Shown: in pieces, positions 1 through 9,438 of the stretch
Position numbering within the stretch: position 1 is the first letter of the stretch
How the letters are laid out: every line of letters starts with the position of its first letter
Source of the DNA: a virus
Lineage: Duplodnaviria; Caudoviricetes
DNA length: 64,000 nt
Reading direction: 5' to 3' (one strand)
Virus record (IMG/VR): IMGVR_UViG_2840949845_000010
Location: 10,825-74,824 of that record
Made by a program: the position numbers and the translations under genes
Notes under the pieces: generated by a model
What the model saw: the letters and a program-made list of their open reading frames with translations, nothing else
The model's database searches: none
Told to the model about the DNA's origin: nothing

Positions 1-1138
1 CGACCCAGACCGCCGATCCACCGAGCGAACACAGGTCGGCGGCCGTCAGGTCGGCCTCCGGGCCGGGGGTCAGGTCGAGGATGGTCGATTTCAGCAGGAC
101 CGGGTTTCCGGCGTGCAGGTTCTTGAAGAAGAAGACGGCGTACTGGAAGCCCTCGGTGGCGTACAAATCCACCAGGATGGCGCTCCGGTTGGTGGAGATC
201 GGGACCATGCGCAACACCCGACCGGACGGCACGCCCTCCAGGACCATCGGGTCCAGGGTCACGTTGAAAGCGCGCCCGTCCGCCGACAGCTTGGTCAGGG
301 CCAGGGCGATCCGTCCGTCCGCCAGTTCCCCGGCGATGCCGAAGACCGCCCCGGTCCCGTTGAGCCAGCACCCGCCGCTGGTCACGAACTGGAGCGTCAT
401 GTTGAGGTGATCGTAGGCAACGCGATCCGCCATGTAGTTTTGATCGCTCGACAATTTGGCCGTCATCCAGTGGGTGTTCTGGAAGGTGAGCGGGAGTTCC
501 TTCGGCACGAAACCGGACTGGGCCGCCTTGTAGGTGTAGTTGGTCGTCGTCCGCCCCTGGGTGTTCTCCCCCGGATAGACGTAGCGGGTGGTGGCCGAAC
601 GAATGGTGACGAGGGTCTTGCCGGTCAGGGTCTCCCCCTCGACCGGCCAACGGTCCTGGGTCTTCGTGCCGTTGACCGTGTAGACGCGGGCGTAACGGTT
701 CAAATCCTCCCCGTCCTTGAGGTCGCGCCAACCCAGGGCGTAGGTTCCCGACGCCACCCGATAGCTGCCGGTGAAGTAGCCGCGCGGAACGCCGCCCTTG
801 CTCAGGTCCTGGAAACTCCAGCCGCTGCTCCAGATCACATGCTTGCCCTGGCTGGCGTACTGGTCGTTGATCGACGTGATGTAGGCGTGGAGGGTCTTGT
901 TGGCGGCAGCCGCCGCGTCCGGCCCGATGTAGATCCTCGTCAGGTTGATGAGGGACTTCGCCAACTCCGGGGTCGTGTCGCTGATCGTCTGAACCCGGAC
1001 CTTCGGCACCGTCTCCCGGACCTGATAGACGGCGGCCTCGGACACCCGCTGGGCGACCTGGGCCGGCAGCAGGCCCGTGACCTCATCCGCCGTGGTGGTC
1101 GGATCGAAGGAGCTGGAATGAAAATGGCTGAGGCTCAT
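1..1138 (-). CDS. Tail-tip-associated protein, partial (runs off the window)
   Basis: ATG at 1138 overlaps the upstream TGA; frame reads MSLSHFHSSSFDPTTTADEV... and is open to position 1; absent from the ORF track because it has no stop. Confidence 0.75.
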   Translation of the reverse strand, partial: MSLSHFHSSSFDPTTTADEVTGLLPAQVAQRVSEAAVYQVRETVPKVRVQTISDTTPELAKSLINLTRIYIGPDAAAAANKTLHAYITSINDQYASQGKHVIWSSGWSFQDLSKGGVPRGYFTGSYRVASGTYALGWRDLKDGEDLNRYARVYTVNGTKTQDRWPVEGETLTGKTLVTIRSATTRYVYPGENTQGRTTTNYTYKAAQSGFVPKELPLTFQNTHWMTAKLSSDQNYMADRVAYDHLNMTLQFVTSGGCWLNGTGAVFGIAGELADGRIALALTKLSADGRAFNVTLDPMVLEGVPSGRVLRMVPISTNRSAILVDLYATEGFQYAVFFFKNLHAGNPVLLKSTILDLTPGPEADLTAADLCSLGGSAVWV

Positions 1139-3228
1139 CAATACCGCTCCCCATCGGGTTCATACTCATAGGCGCTGATCGTCTGCGGGTAGAGGTTGCC
1201 GTCTTGCTCGGCGCCGTACAGGTCGTTCTCGGCGACCGGATAGAACCCGCCATTGATCTCGGCGTCGGCCAAACCCTCGTAGTCCTCCCCGTCCAGCTCA
1301 TGGCTGTAGATCGTCTCGCCGATTGGATAGAACCCACCGTCGAAGTCGAAGACGTAATCATCGGCGGCAAGGACCGGGGACCAGCCGCCATCGGCCAGCG
1401 CGGTGTCCACCAGATCGGCGCCGTTGTTGAGGAAGGTGGCGGCCAGAGCGATGGGCTTCATGAGTTCGTCGGTCTTCAGCGTGCCCTTGCTCTCATCGTA
1501 GCGGATCACATAGCTGCCCTGGTCGATGGACATCATCATGGCGCCCGCGTTGACCAGCGCGTAGACCGGCATGGTGAAGCCCTGGAGGCGCAAGGTCCGC
1601 CGCCAGTCGGTCCCCTCCGTTCCGTCCGGCTGGGCGGTGAGGGTCGCGCCCTCCCACCGCGACCAGAAGGGGGGGACGATCTCGCGCGACGGCAGGGTCT
1701 GAAGCTCGACCGAGGTCTTCGGCAACCGCCACCCGGCGGGCGGGGTGTTGACCCTGGTGGCGAGCGCCCGCGCCGTGTTCATGGTGGTCTCGACCGCCCA
1801 GTGCGCGTCCTGGACCAATTGCCGCGTCCAGGATGCGTCATAGCCCCCGGTGTCCACCAGCCACACCGCCGCCGTGGTGGCGACATACTTGATCGCGCTG
1901 GTGCTGGCGGGCGCGGCGTCGGCGTAGACCACCCCGGAATACACCCATTTCCCGGCGGCGCTCAGGGTGTAGCGCACCGCCGATGTGCTGACCGGCGTGG
2001 CGCAGGACGTGATGGTCTCGACGTAATCCCAGCCCGAGGCCAGGGATAGGATCCATTTGTATCCGGCCCCGTCCGCCGGTTGGGTGTCCGTCACCATTGT
2101 CTCGGTCGTGGTGGACCAGTAGCCGAGCGAGGACAGCACCCACCGGGTGGTGGCGGTCTCGGCCGGTTGGGTGGCGAAACGCCCCGTCGTCCCCGTGTTC
2201 GTCCAGTACCCGTCCTTGGCGCAGGTGTTGACCGTGTATTGGCGGTAGGTGAGCTTCCAATAATTGGTGCTGTATTTCGTGACGCTGACCAGTTCGCGCC
2301 GGAACATGTAGGTGGTGCAGGTTTTGTCCGCCGAGTACGGGTCGATGTAGATGGAGGCGCCGTAGGCCGTCGCCACCGAGACATCGGTCGTCGCCTTGAC
2401 GAAGTAGATGCTGTAGGTCCCGGTCAGGGTCTCGGCGTAGGCGGTCGGAGCGACCCAGCTCTGTTCCTTGTAGAGGGCGTCGTACCAGACCTGCTTGATC
2501 CAGGTCGCGGGGCGGTAGGTCTCACGCTTGTAGGTCGCGCAGGCCCAAATGTATTTGAAGTAGCCGACCGGCCGGCGGACGAGATTCCAGGCGGGTTCCA
2601 GCACCTCTTTCTGAGGCTCCGGCTGGACATACACCTCATAGGACGCGGCGGTGTGGGTCTCGTGGTTGTAGAGATCGGGGATCGTCAGGTTGGACGAAAC
2701 GCCGTAGACATCCGCCCCAAAATTGCCGAGCGACACGGCGGATGCCGAGTGGTTGGCGGGCAGCAGCTTTTCCTGCAACTGCTTCTTGGCGCCCGACAGG
2801 TAGCCGCCGGAATAGACAGTCCTCCAGGTCGCCACCTTCACCGATTGATCGGGCTGGGCGAAGACGGTCATGACGCCGTAGAAGCTGTAACCGCTGACCG
2901 CCCGGCAATAATCCATGGACGAGATGTCGAAGGCTTTCGCCGTGATCCCGGCGACGTAAAGGGCCTCCTCCTCCTTGAACGGCTTTCCGCTCTCGAAGAT
3001 GTAGAGCGTGTCGCCGTTGCCCAGCGCGACCATGGGCATCGTGCTGCGCGTGTAGGAGGCCATCCGCACCTTGTCGATGGGGAAGTTGATCTCCTCGACC
3101 GGGGTGACGACCTCAAAGTTGGTGACGGTGACGGCGCTGCCGTCGATGTCCAGGCGGCCGACGCCGACCATACGGTCCACGAGGATGTCGTCGTCCTGGA
3201 GCCAGAAGGCCCAGAAGTTGATGGTCAT
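1138..3228 (-). CDS. Large tail-tip/adhesin-like protein (696 aa) with W/Y/T-rich repeats and an acidic DGGxYP tail
   Basis: ATGA-coupled to the gpJ-like gene (start MTINFWAF); four ~28-aa internal repeats; acidic C-terminus. Confidence 0.75.
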   Translation of the reverse strand: MTINFWAFWLQDDDILVDRMVGVGRLDIDGSAVTVTNFEVVTPVEEINFPIDKVRMASYTRSTMPMVALGNGDTLYIFESGKPFKEEEALYVAGITAKAFDISSMDYCRAVSGYSFYGVMTVFAQPDQSVKVATWRTVYSGGYLSGAKKQLQEKLLPANHSASAVSLGNFGADVYGVSSNLTIPDLYNHETHTAASYEVYVQPEPQKEVLEPAWNLVRRPVGYFKYIWACATYKRETYRPATWIKQVWYDALYKEQSWVAPTAYAETLTGTYSIYFVKATTDVSVATAYGASIYIDPYSADKTCTTYMFRRELVSVTKYSTNYWKLTYRQYTVNTCAKDGYWTNTGTTGRFATQPAETATTRWVLSSLGYWSTTTETMVTDTQPADGAGYKWILSLASGWDYVETITSCATPVSTSAVRYTLSAAGKWVYSGVVYADAAPASTSAIKYVATTAAVWLVDTGGYDASWTRQLVQDAHWAVETTMNTARALATRVNTPPAGWRLPKTSVELQTLPSREIVPPFWSRWEGATLTAQPDGTEGTDWRRTLRLQGFTMPVYALVNAGAMMMSIDQGSYVIRYDESKGTLKTDELMKPIALAATFLNNGADLVDTALADGGWSPVLAADDYVFDFDGGFYPIGETIYSHELDGEDYEGLADAEINGGFYPVAENDLYGAEQDGNLYPQTISAYEYEPDGERY

Positions 3229-6200
3229 CCGAACCTCGCCCCACCCTCGGCGCCCAGCCAGCCGACGCTCCCGCCCATGTCGAACAGCAGGTGCATCGCC
3301 AGATCGCTGGTGATCGGCGGCAGCTTGGCGTTCCGCCACCGGACGGGGTTGGCGTAGCTCGCCTGATGCTCGCCCTCGGGCCGGGTGAAGATGATGGTCA
3401 CGGGCTTGCCGTCGCCACATCCGCCCAGCACCGCGATCTCCACATCCCCCACCAAGTTGATGATGAAGTTGTTGCTTTCCTTGATGTTCAGCTCCACCAA
3501 GCCGGACTTGCTGCCGAGGTCGAGGATGTGCTCGCTGTATCCTTGGAGGATCGGGTTCTTCAGGGTGGCGCAGTTGTAGTTGATGGTCTGGGTGCTGTCG
3601 TAGCTCTCGTCGGTCGCGTCCGGTCGGTTGGTTCCGGTGACGGTGGCCGGGTCGCCCAGGTTTCCGCACTCATCCCGAAAGCGGATCTCAAAGGTGAAGC
3701 CTCGGGCGTCCGAAGGGGCGCCGTCCTGGATTTGCATCGCGGCGGTGTAGCGGAAGTACGGCGTCTCAATGTCCGCCGTGTGGTAGACCGCGCCGGTCTC
3801 GATGTCGCGGCACACGACCTGATAACTGGCGACGTAAACGCCGCCGGCCGTCCAGTCGATCATGTAGCCATAGCGGCCACCGTTGCCGTCCCAGGAGACG
3901 GCCACGTTGACATCCTGCGGCGTGCCCAGAACCTCGGTGGGCGGGCATTGCGGGACCGCGTAGAGACAGGTCGGGGCGCTGCTGAAATCCGCCGCCACGC
4001 CATAGATGTTGTAGGGAAGAACCTTGAACTCGCAGGCGCCAGCCGGGTGGTTGAGGATCGCGTTGGCCGAGGTGGACCGCTGGGTCCAGGCGTCGGTCGT
4101 CCCCTGCAACCGGGAGAAGACCTTGTACTCGCCGTTGTAGCGCGTGTAGGTGTCGTTCAACCCATTGGGTGAGATGAGGATCTGCCGGCCGTCATCGCTC
4201 CAGTCGATGGAGAAATCCGGGCAGCTCATCCCCGGCGGGACATCTTCCGTGGTCGGGGTCGTGCCTGGCTTGAACACCCCGTCCAGGATCGGGCCGGGCG
4301 TGTAGTCGGCAACCCCCTCCCGGTTCTCCTCATAATCATCGAAGCACCAGTCGATGACGGCCTCGATCACCACCTTGTCGGGCGAGCCTTCGGATTCCTG
4401 GATGTCGAGGACGCGCCACATCTTCTCCTTCGCGGGTTTCTCGGAGATGATGTTGAACGGGAAGTACAGCTCCGGGTAATCGCCTTCCAATGGGGTCCGC
4501 AAGATGATGGTGGTCAGGTCGGCGCCCGTGCTGGCAATCGCGAACGCCTTGGACCCGCCGCCTGGAACCTGCGGGATGAAGTATGATCCGATCTCGGCGA
4601 CCACGGTTTCGGTCATCCGGGTGTTCCACAGCTCGGTGGCGGCTGCGGTGAGGATCTTGGCGGCGAAGCTGTAGGGGTTGGTCGAGGGGCTGCTGGTCAG
4701 GTTCCCGTTCGCGACCACGAGCTTCAGAGTGTGAGACCCCGCCGTGGCCTCGAACGCCACGTCGGTGTAGCCGATCCCGTTGGCCGTCGTGATGCTCAGG
4801 TTGGTCTGGCCGATCTGCGCATCGTCCAGATAGGCCGTGATGCTGTCGTCCGCCCAGAGACGGATGATGTAGGTCCCCGTCGCCGGCAGGGTGACGGTGT
4901 AGCCGACCGACTTCTCGGCGTCGTAATAGAACACGCCGGTAGAGCCATCCTCGCTCATGCGAACACCGATGGCGTTCATCTCGTCGGCGATAGGCCCGGC
5001 GCTGTCGAGGGCCTGATAGTCGAAAGGGGCAACGGCGTTGAAGTCGAACCCGGTCGCGGCGGTCACGCTGACCGGCTCGTGCAGGTCGATGGTCTTCAGG
5101 TCGTCATGCACCAGCTTCACGCGCCCGGACTGCTTGCCGTCCGCGTGCCGGTCGGCGATGCGGATGCGGTCGTAGGGGCGGACCCAGCAGCTCTGACGGT
5201 TGGTGGTGAATGTCACCATCTTCGTCTGGCCGGTGGCGATCTGGTAGCGGTAGTAGCCCCGGCGGATCGCCTCGCTCTCATAGATACAGGCGATGGCGAT
5301 GAAGTCGGTGGGCAGCCGGCCATACTTGGCGATGTGATCCGGGTCGAAGATGCGCAGGCGGTCTTCGGTCCACAGAAGGTCCGGGTTGACGAAGGAGATG
5401 GTCCAGTCGTTGTAGCGGGTGGTCAGGTCGGTCAGGCTGTACTCGAAGACCCCGTTCTCGACATTCTCCTGGTTGAAGATCGCGGTCGGCGGCTGGGCAT
5501 CCGGCACGCACAGACGGATGCTGCCATCCAGGTCGTCATAGAGGACGCCATGGAACGCCCCCGCCATGTAGCGGACCTGTTCCATCGACAGCCGCGCGTC
5601 GCTCAGGACACCGTTGAAGGTGAAGCGCGGCTCCCAAACCTTGTCCTCGGGGTTGGTCTTCTCGCACCGGTCATTCTTGTAGGTCCAGCCCTCGGGACAC
5701 AGCGGCTCCGTGACCAAGGTCTCGGTCATCCGGCTGTTCCACAGGAGGTTTCCGTCCGGCTGATAGATCGCAGCGGACAGGGCGTAGGGGTTGGTGGAGG
5801 GATCGGCCGCGAAACTCTGGTTCACCACCAGGAATTTGACGACGTGCGCGCCCGCCGTCATCGGAACGGCCACGTCGGTTTGCCCGCCCGTGGTGTTGGT
5901 GATGGGCAGCGAGGTCATGCCGATCTGCACGCCATCGACGGAGACATAGACGGTGTCGTCGGCCCAGAATCGGAACGTGTAGGTTCCATCGGTGGGAAGA
6001 TTCACCCGATAGCCGACCGATTTCTCCGCGCCCGCGAAATAGGAGACGTTGGTCCCATCCTCGCTGAACTGGACAAGATAGCTCTGCATCGGGTCCGAGA
6101 TCAGCCAGTCATGCCAGCGGTTCACCCCCGTCGCGTTGATCGGGATGACGCTGTAGAAGTCGAAACGGGTGGCGTCCTGGGTGAGGGCCGCCGCCGGGAT

Positions 6201-7217
6201 GTCCACCGGCAGGCCCGCGTCACTCAGCATCTTCGCCGGGACGAACCTGTTGCAGAATTTCGAGGCCCGATAGGCGTCCCATTTGTTCAGGGTGATGGGA
6301 CCATAGGCGTTCAGGCCATAGCGGTCGTTCATCACCAAGTCGTAGAGGCACCACGCCGGGTCGTCGGTCCAGGCCGTCACGAAGGACCCGTCCCAGATGC
6401 CGATGTAGGTGCGGGTCGTCGGGTTGAAGTTCGACGGGACCCGGACCCGCATGCATTTGTAGATGCCGCTGATTTCGGGCAGCGCCGAGATCTGATTGGT
6501 CGCCTTGCACCAGAAATGCAGGACTGCGGTGTTCTCGAAGCCCCGCTCGGGATAGCGCTGGACCTCCTGAAAGCTTTCCCAGGTGGCCTGGGCCACGAAG
6601 TTCCCCGACGACTGGGTGAGGAGCGTCACCCGGATGTCGTAGCGGTTGTTCGTCGTCTCATCGGGGGAGACGGGGACGCGGACTTCGCGAACGAACGAGC
6701 TGGAGGTCGTCTTGCCGGTGACGGTGACGGTCTTGGATGTCCACCGGGTCAGCGCCGTCAGCTTCCACTCGATCTTGAACGAGCAGGAAAGGCTGCCCTC
6801 CCAATAGCTGTCGTTGTCGTAGAGGGCGTTGATGACCAGCCGGACATCCAGGAAATTGATGTCGGTTCCGCCCATGGAGGTGCGGGTGACGGGCACCGCG
6901 TAGGCCAGACTGACCCCGACCGAACGGCTGCGGGCCAACCCGCCGAGGATCGGCTGGATCGGTCCCTGATCCGCCGTCCCGTTGTAGAGGTGGACGGTGC
7001 TGTCATCGAAGTTCAAGCTGCCGTCGAGATTGCGGAACGAGGTGTCGTTCAGCATCAAGCTGTCGAGGCCGTCGTAACCGTCCGTGGCGCTGTAGAACCC
7101 CTCGATCTCGCCCTCGCAAAGACCGAGGACACATTCCATCTGGTCTTCGGAGCGGAGATTGTCCGGCGCGGCCTTCTTTGCCCCAACCTTGCCATGCACC
7201 TCATAGTCCATGCTCAT
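3225..7217 (-). CDS. Tail tip / host-specificity protein J-like, with two inserted PA14-like domains
   Basis: GLCEGEIEG, WDGSFVTAWTDDPAWCLYDL and EPRFTFNG gpJ motifs; follows the gpI-like gene; ATGA-coupled start at 7217. Confidence 0.9.
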   Translation of the reverse strand: MSMDYEVHGKVGAKKAAPDNLRSEDQMECVLGLCEGEIEGFYSATDGYDGLDSLMLNDTSFRNLDGSLNFDDSTVHLYNGTADQGPIQPILGGLARSRSVGVSLAYAVPVTRTSMGGTDINFLDVRLVINALYDNDSYWEGSLSCSFKIEWKLTALTRWTSKTVTVTGKTTSSSFVREVRVPVSPDETTNNRYDIRVTLLTQSSGNFVAQATWESFQEVQRYPERGFENTAVLHFWCKATNQISALPEISGIYKCMRVRVPSNFNPTTRTYIGIWDGSFVTAWTDDPAWCLYDLVMNDRYGLNAYGPITLNKWDAYRASKFCNRFVPAKMLSDAGLPVDIPAAALTQDATRFDFYSVIPINATGVNRWHDWLISDPMQSYLVQFSEDGTNVSYFAGAEKSVGYRVNLPTDGTYTFRFWADDTVYVSVDGVQIGMTSLPITNTTGGQTDVAVPMTAGAHVVKFLVVNQSFAADPSTNPYALSAAIYQPDGNLLWNSRMTETLVTEPLCPEGWTYKNDRCEKTNPEDKVWEPRFTFNGVLSDARLSMEQVRYMAGAFHGVLYDDLDGSIRLCVPDAQPPTAIFNQENVENGVFEYSLTDLTTRYNDWTISFVNPDLLWTEDRLRIFDPDHIAKYGRLPTDFIAIACIYESEAIRRGYYRYQIATGQTKMVTFTTNRQSCWVRPYDRIRIADRHADGKQSGRVKLVHDDLKTIDLHEPVSVTAATGFDFNAVAPFDYQALDSAGPIADEMNAIGVRMSEDGSTGVFYYDAEKSVGYTVTLPATGTYIIRLWADDSITAYLDDAQIGQTNLSITTANGIGYTDVAFEATAGSHTLKLVVANGNLTSSPSTNPYSFAAKILTAAATELWNTRMTETVVAEIGSYFIPQVPGGGSKAFAIASTGADLTTIILRTPLEGDYPELYFPFNIISEKPAKEKMWRVLDIQESEGSPDKVVIEAVIDWCFDDYEENREGVADYTPGPILDGVFKPGTTPTTEDVPPGMSCPDFSIDWSDDGRQILISPNGLNDTYTRYNGEYKVFSRLQGTTDAWTQRSTSANAILNHPAGACEFKVLPYNIYGVAADFSSAPTCLYAVPQCPPTEVLGTPQDVNVAVSWDGNGGRYGYMIDWTAGGVYVASYQVVCRDIETGAVYHTADIETPYFRYTAAMQIQDGAPSDARGFTFEIRFRDECGNLGDPATVTGTNRPDATDESYDSTQTINYNCATLKNPILQGYSEHILDLGSKSGLVELNIKESNNFIINLVGDVEIAVLGGCGDGKPVTIIFTRPEGEHQASYANPVRWRNAKLPPITSDLAMHLLFDMGGSVGWLGAEGGARFG

Positions 7218-7750
7218 TCCCCAGCAACAGGGACGCCGATCACATTCACATCGTAGGAGAGGAATTGCCCGTACAGCCGGTTGACGCCATAGGCGATGAT
7301 GATGCGCGTGCCCATTGCCACGGTGTTTTTCGGCGCCCCCAGATATTTCGAGGCGTCGGGGTTGCCGTCCTTGTTCGGCGACGGCGCCAGCAGTTGGAGG
7401 ATGCCGCCCATGATGAGGGCGACGCCAGCGTTGATGAGGAAGGCGTTGCCGGTGTAGGCGCCGACCGCGACCAGGATTGCGCCGATCCCGATCTGTATCC
7501 ACGAACCGGCTTTGCCGGCCACCGTGTAGTCGGGCATGACGTGGATCTCCTCCACGTCGCTGCGCCGCATCAGGGCCTGGGGGGTGCGGAACCCGACGAC
7601 CCGGCACGGGTAGCCTTGGCCGCCACGGACGATTTGCAGAACGGGAATCTGGGCGACCAGCGCGGTCAGCGCCTCATACGGGCTGTCCACCTTCATGTCA
7701 TGGACGACGGGGCACAGCTTCTGAAGATGACCGTGGAAGATCACGCGCAT
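7214..7750 (-). CDS. Tail assembly protein I-like
   Basis: MRVIFHGHL start, hydrophobic Gly-rich middle and NTVAMGTRIIIAYG motif; position between K and J. Confidence 0.85.
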   Translation of the reverse strand: MRVIFHGHLQKLCPVVHDMKVDSPYEALTALVAQIPVLQIVRGGQGYPCRVVGFRTPQALMRRSDVEEIHVMPDYTVAGKAGSWIQIGIGAILVAVGAYTGNAFLINAGVALIMGGILQLLAPSPNKDGNPDASKYLGAPKNTVAMGTRIIIAYGVNRLYGQFLSYDVNVIGVPVAGE

Positions 7751-8061
7751 CGGATCACCTCGCCGCGATCCACCACATATTTGGCGATCCCGTCCTGGCC
7801 CACGATGTAGTGGGCGTGATCGGGGAAGGCTTTGAAGGACCGCATGTCCTGGACGGTGAGATTCGACGGCTTGCCGGGGTGGGTGTGCCAAAGGCCGGAG
7901 GAATGGGGCAGCCATTCCAACAGGTCTTCCGGCGCGATGCTGGCCCCTTCCAGGGGGTTCTCGTAGACGTTCACCACCTCGGCGATGGTTCCGTCCTTGA
8001 AGATGAACCCAATGCGCTCGGGTCCCTCGTCGGAGTAAAACTCGGTCAGGCGCTCGGGCAC
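7741..8061 (-). CDS. JAB/MPN-domain tail assembly protein (gpK N-terminal half)
   Basis: ERIG and WHTHPxxxSxxxxxD JAMM motif. Confidence 0.85.
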   Translation of the reverse strand: MPERLTEFYSDEGPERIGFIFKDGTIAEVVNVYENPLEGASIAPEDLLEWLPHSSGLWHTHPGKPSNLTVQDMRSFKAFPDHAHYIVGQDGIAKYVVDRGEVIRCA

Positions 8062-8549
8062 AGCAGCCTCCGTTTGATGAAATCCGGGGCGCTTTCAATC
8101 AAATTGACCGGTTCGCCCAACTCTTCCTTTACCACCACGTCGCCATGCCTCAAGCAAGCGCACAGGGTGTTACGGATGAGGCCCTTAACGGGATCGACCG
8201 AGGGGCGTCCCCGCCGGGCGGGTTGCCGCTCGCTCGGGGGGAGGTGGTGGACCACCCGGCCATCCCCCAGATAGACCGCCGCGTGGGCCGGGACCTTGGT
8301 CATGATGGCGCACACGAACACGTCGCCCGGCTGCATCCCGAAGGGGTCGTAATCCACGATCTTGAACCCCTCCCGTTCCTGGAACTGGATGTAGAGGTTG
8401 AAGCCGTGCTCCCAGAACGCGGTGGGGCGGGCGTAGTTGGTGATGGCGATGCCGAAGTTGTCCCGATAGATGTCCCGCACCAGCGTCAGGCAATCGGTCT
8501 TGCCGAAGACAAACTCACGATCCATCAGATGTTCATACCGCAGGGTCAT
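8046..8549 (-). CDS. NlpC/P60 tail-tip protein (gpK C-terminal half)
   Basis: GKTDCLTLVRD catalytic Cys and HAAVYLGDG catalytic His. Confidence 0.9.
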   Translation of the reverse strand: MTLRYEHLMDREFVFGKTDCLTLVRDIYRDNFGIAITNYARPTAFWEHGFNLYIQFQEREGFKIVDYDPFGMQPGDVFVCAIMTKVPAHAAVYLGDGRVVHHLPPSERQPARRGRPSVDPVKGLIRNTLCACLRHGDVVVKEELGEPVNLIESAPDFIKRRLLCPSA

Positions 8550-9031
8550 TGCAGGCTCACCATCGGGAAGTCCGGGAGGATGTACATGCGGGCCGGTATG
8601 TTGGCGTTGAACCGGTCGCTGTAGCCGCGCAGCTCGAAGGTCACGCTTCGTTTCGTCAGCGAGGTCGCCCGCGAGATGAAGTATTTTTCCTCGTAGGGGG
8701 CGCCGGTGTCGCCGTCCAACTCGGTGCGGAGAAGTTGACGACGAACGACTTTGCCGAAGTCGAACAGCTCATCCAAAACATACTGGCTCAAAACCCCTTC
8801 CGGGTTCACCAGCGTCAGCGACGGGCGCGGGGTTTCCTCCTTCGAGGTGCGCCGGGAACCCCCGAACTGAAGGGCAACCCCCTCGTAGGTGACGCTGTTG
8901 TACGTCACCGTGTCGCTGTTCTTCAGGAAGAACTTCATGCCATCCAGGCAGACGATCTCGAAGAGATCGACCTTTCCGTCGCCCGTCAGCTTCACGGCGT
9001 CCCATTGATGGTCGGTCGGTGGCAGGCTCAT
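8546..9031 (-). CDS. Minor tail protein L-like
   Basis: VDLFEI, PRPSLTLVN and VTFEL motifs; gene order. Confidence 0.8.
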   Translation of the reverse strand: MSLPPTDHQWDAVKLTGDGKVDLFEIVCLDGMKFFLKNSDTVTYNSVTYEGVALQFGGSRRTSKEETPRPSLTLVNPEGVLSQYVLDELFDFGKVVRRQLLRTELDGDTGAPYEEKYFISRATSLTKRSVTFELRGYSDRFNANIPARMYILPDFPMVSLQ

Positions 9032-9438
9032 CGTACCTCCTGGAGAACAACCTCAAAGTTTTCGGTCCAGCCGTAGCCGTCCACAATGCCGTCGGGTATT
9101 TCGAGGGGTTCTTTGAAGCGGCAGTAAATATAGCCGTAGCCGGGTGTGGCGATCTTGAACTTCTTGTGCCGGAGGTGCCGGGTGTAGAACGCCTCCAACA
9201 GCCACATGTTGGTTGCCGGACTCCTCTCCTTGTTGGGAACGAGGTATTCTCCGGCGGCGTCCCAGTCCGAATAGTAGCAAAGGCTCTCATACTGGAGGGT
9301 GAGCTGCTTCAGCGCCGGGGCTTCCGGGGCCGCCACGAACTCCCAGTTCATCCCGAATTGCATGCTCGGGTTCACATCGCCGTATTTCACGGAGCATCGG
9401 AAGGCGCTCCAGATGTACTCTTCGATATCGGCCATCAC
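9028..9438 (-). CDS. Distal tail protein (gpM-like)
   Basis: Directly after the tape measure gene; LEAFYxRH...CRFKEPL pattern. Confidence 0.7.
   Translation of the reverse strand: MMADIEEYIWSAFRCSVKYGDVNPSMQFGMNWEFVAAPEAPALKQLTLQYESLCYYSDWDAAGEYLVPNKERSPATNMWLLEAFYTRHLRHKKFKIATPGYGYIYCRFKEPLEIPDGIVDGYGWTENFEVVLQEVR

Noticed and set aside
7218-8098. N-terminal extensions given by the ORF track for gpJ, gpI and several other genes
   Set aside because: They overlap upstream real genes; coupled ATGA/TGATG starts or RBS-supported downstream starts fit better
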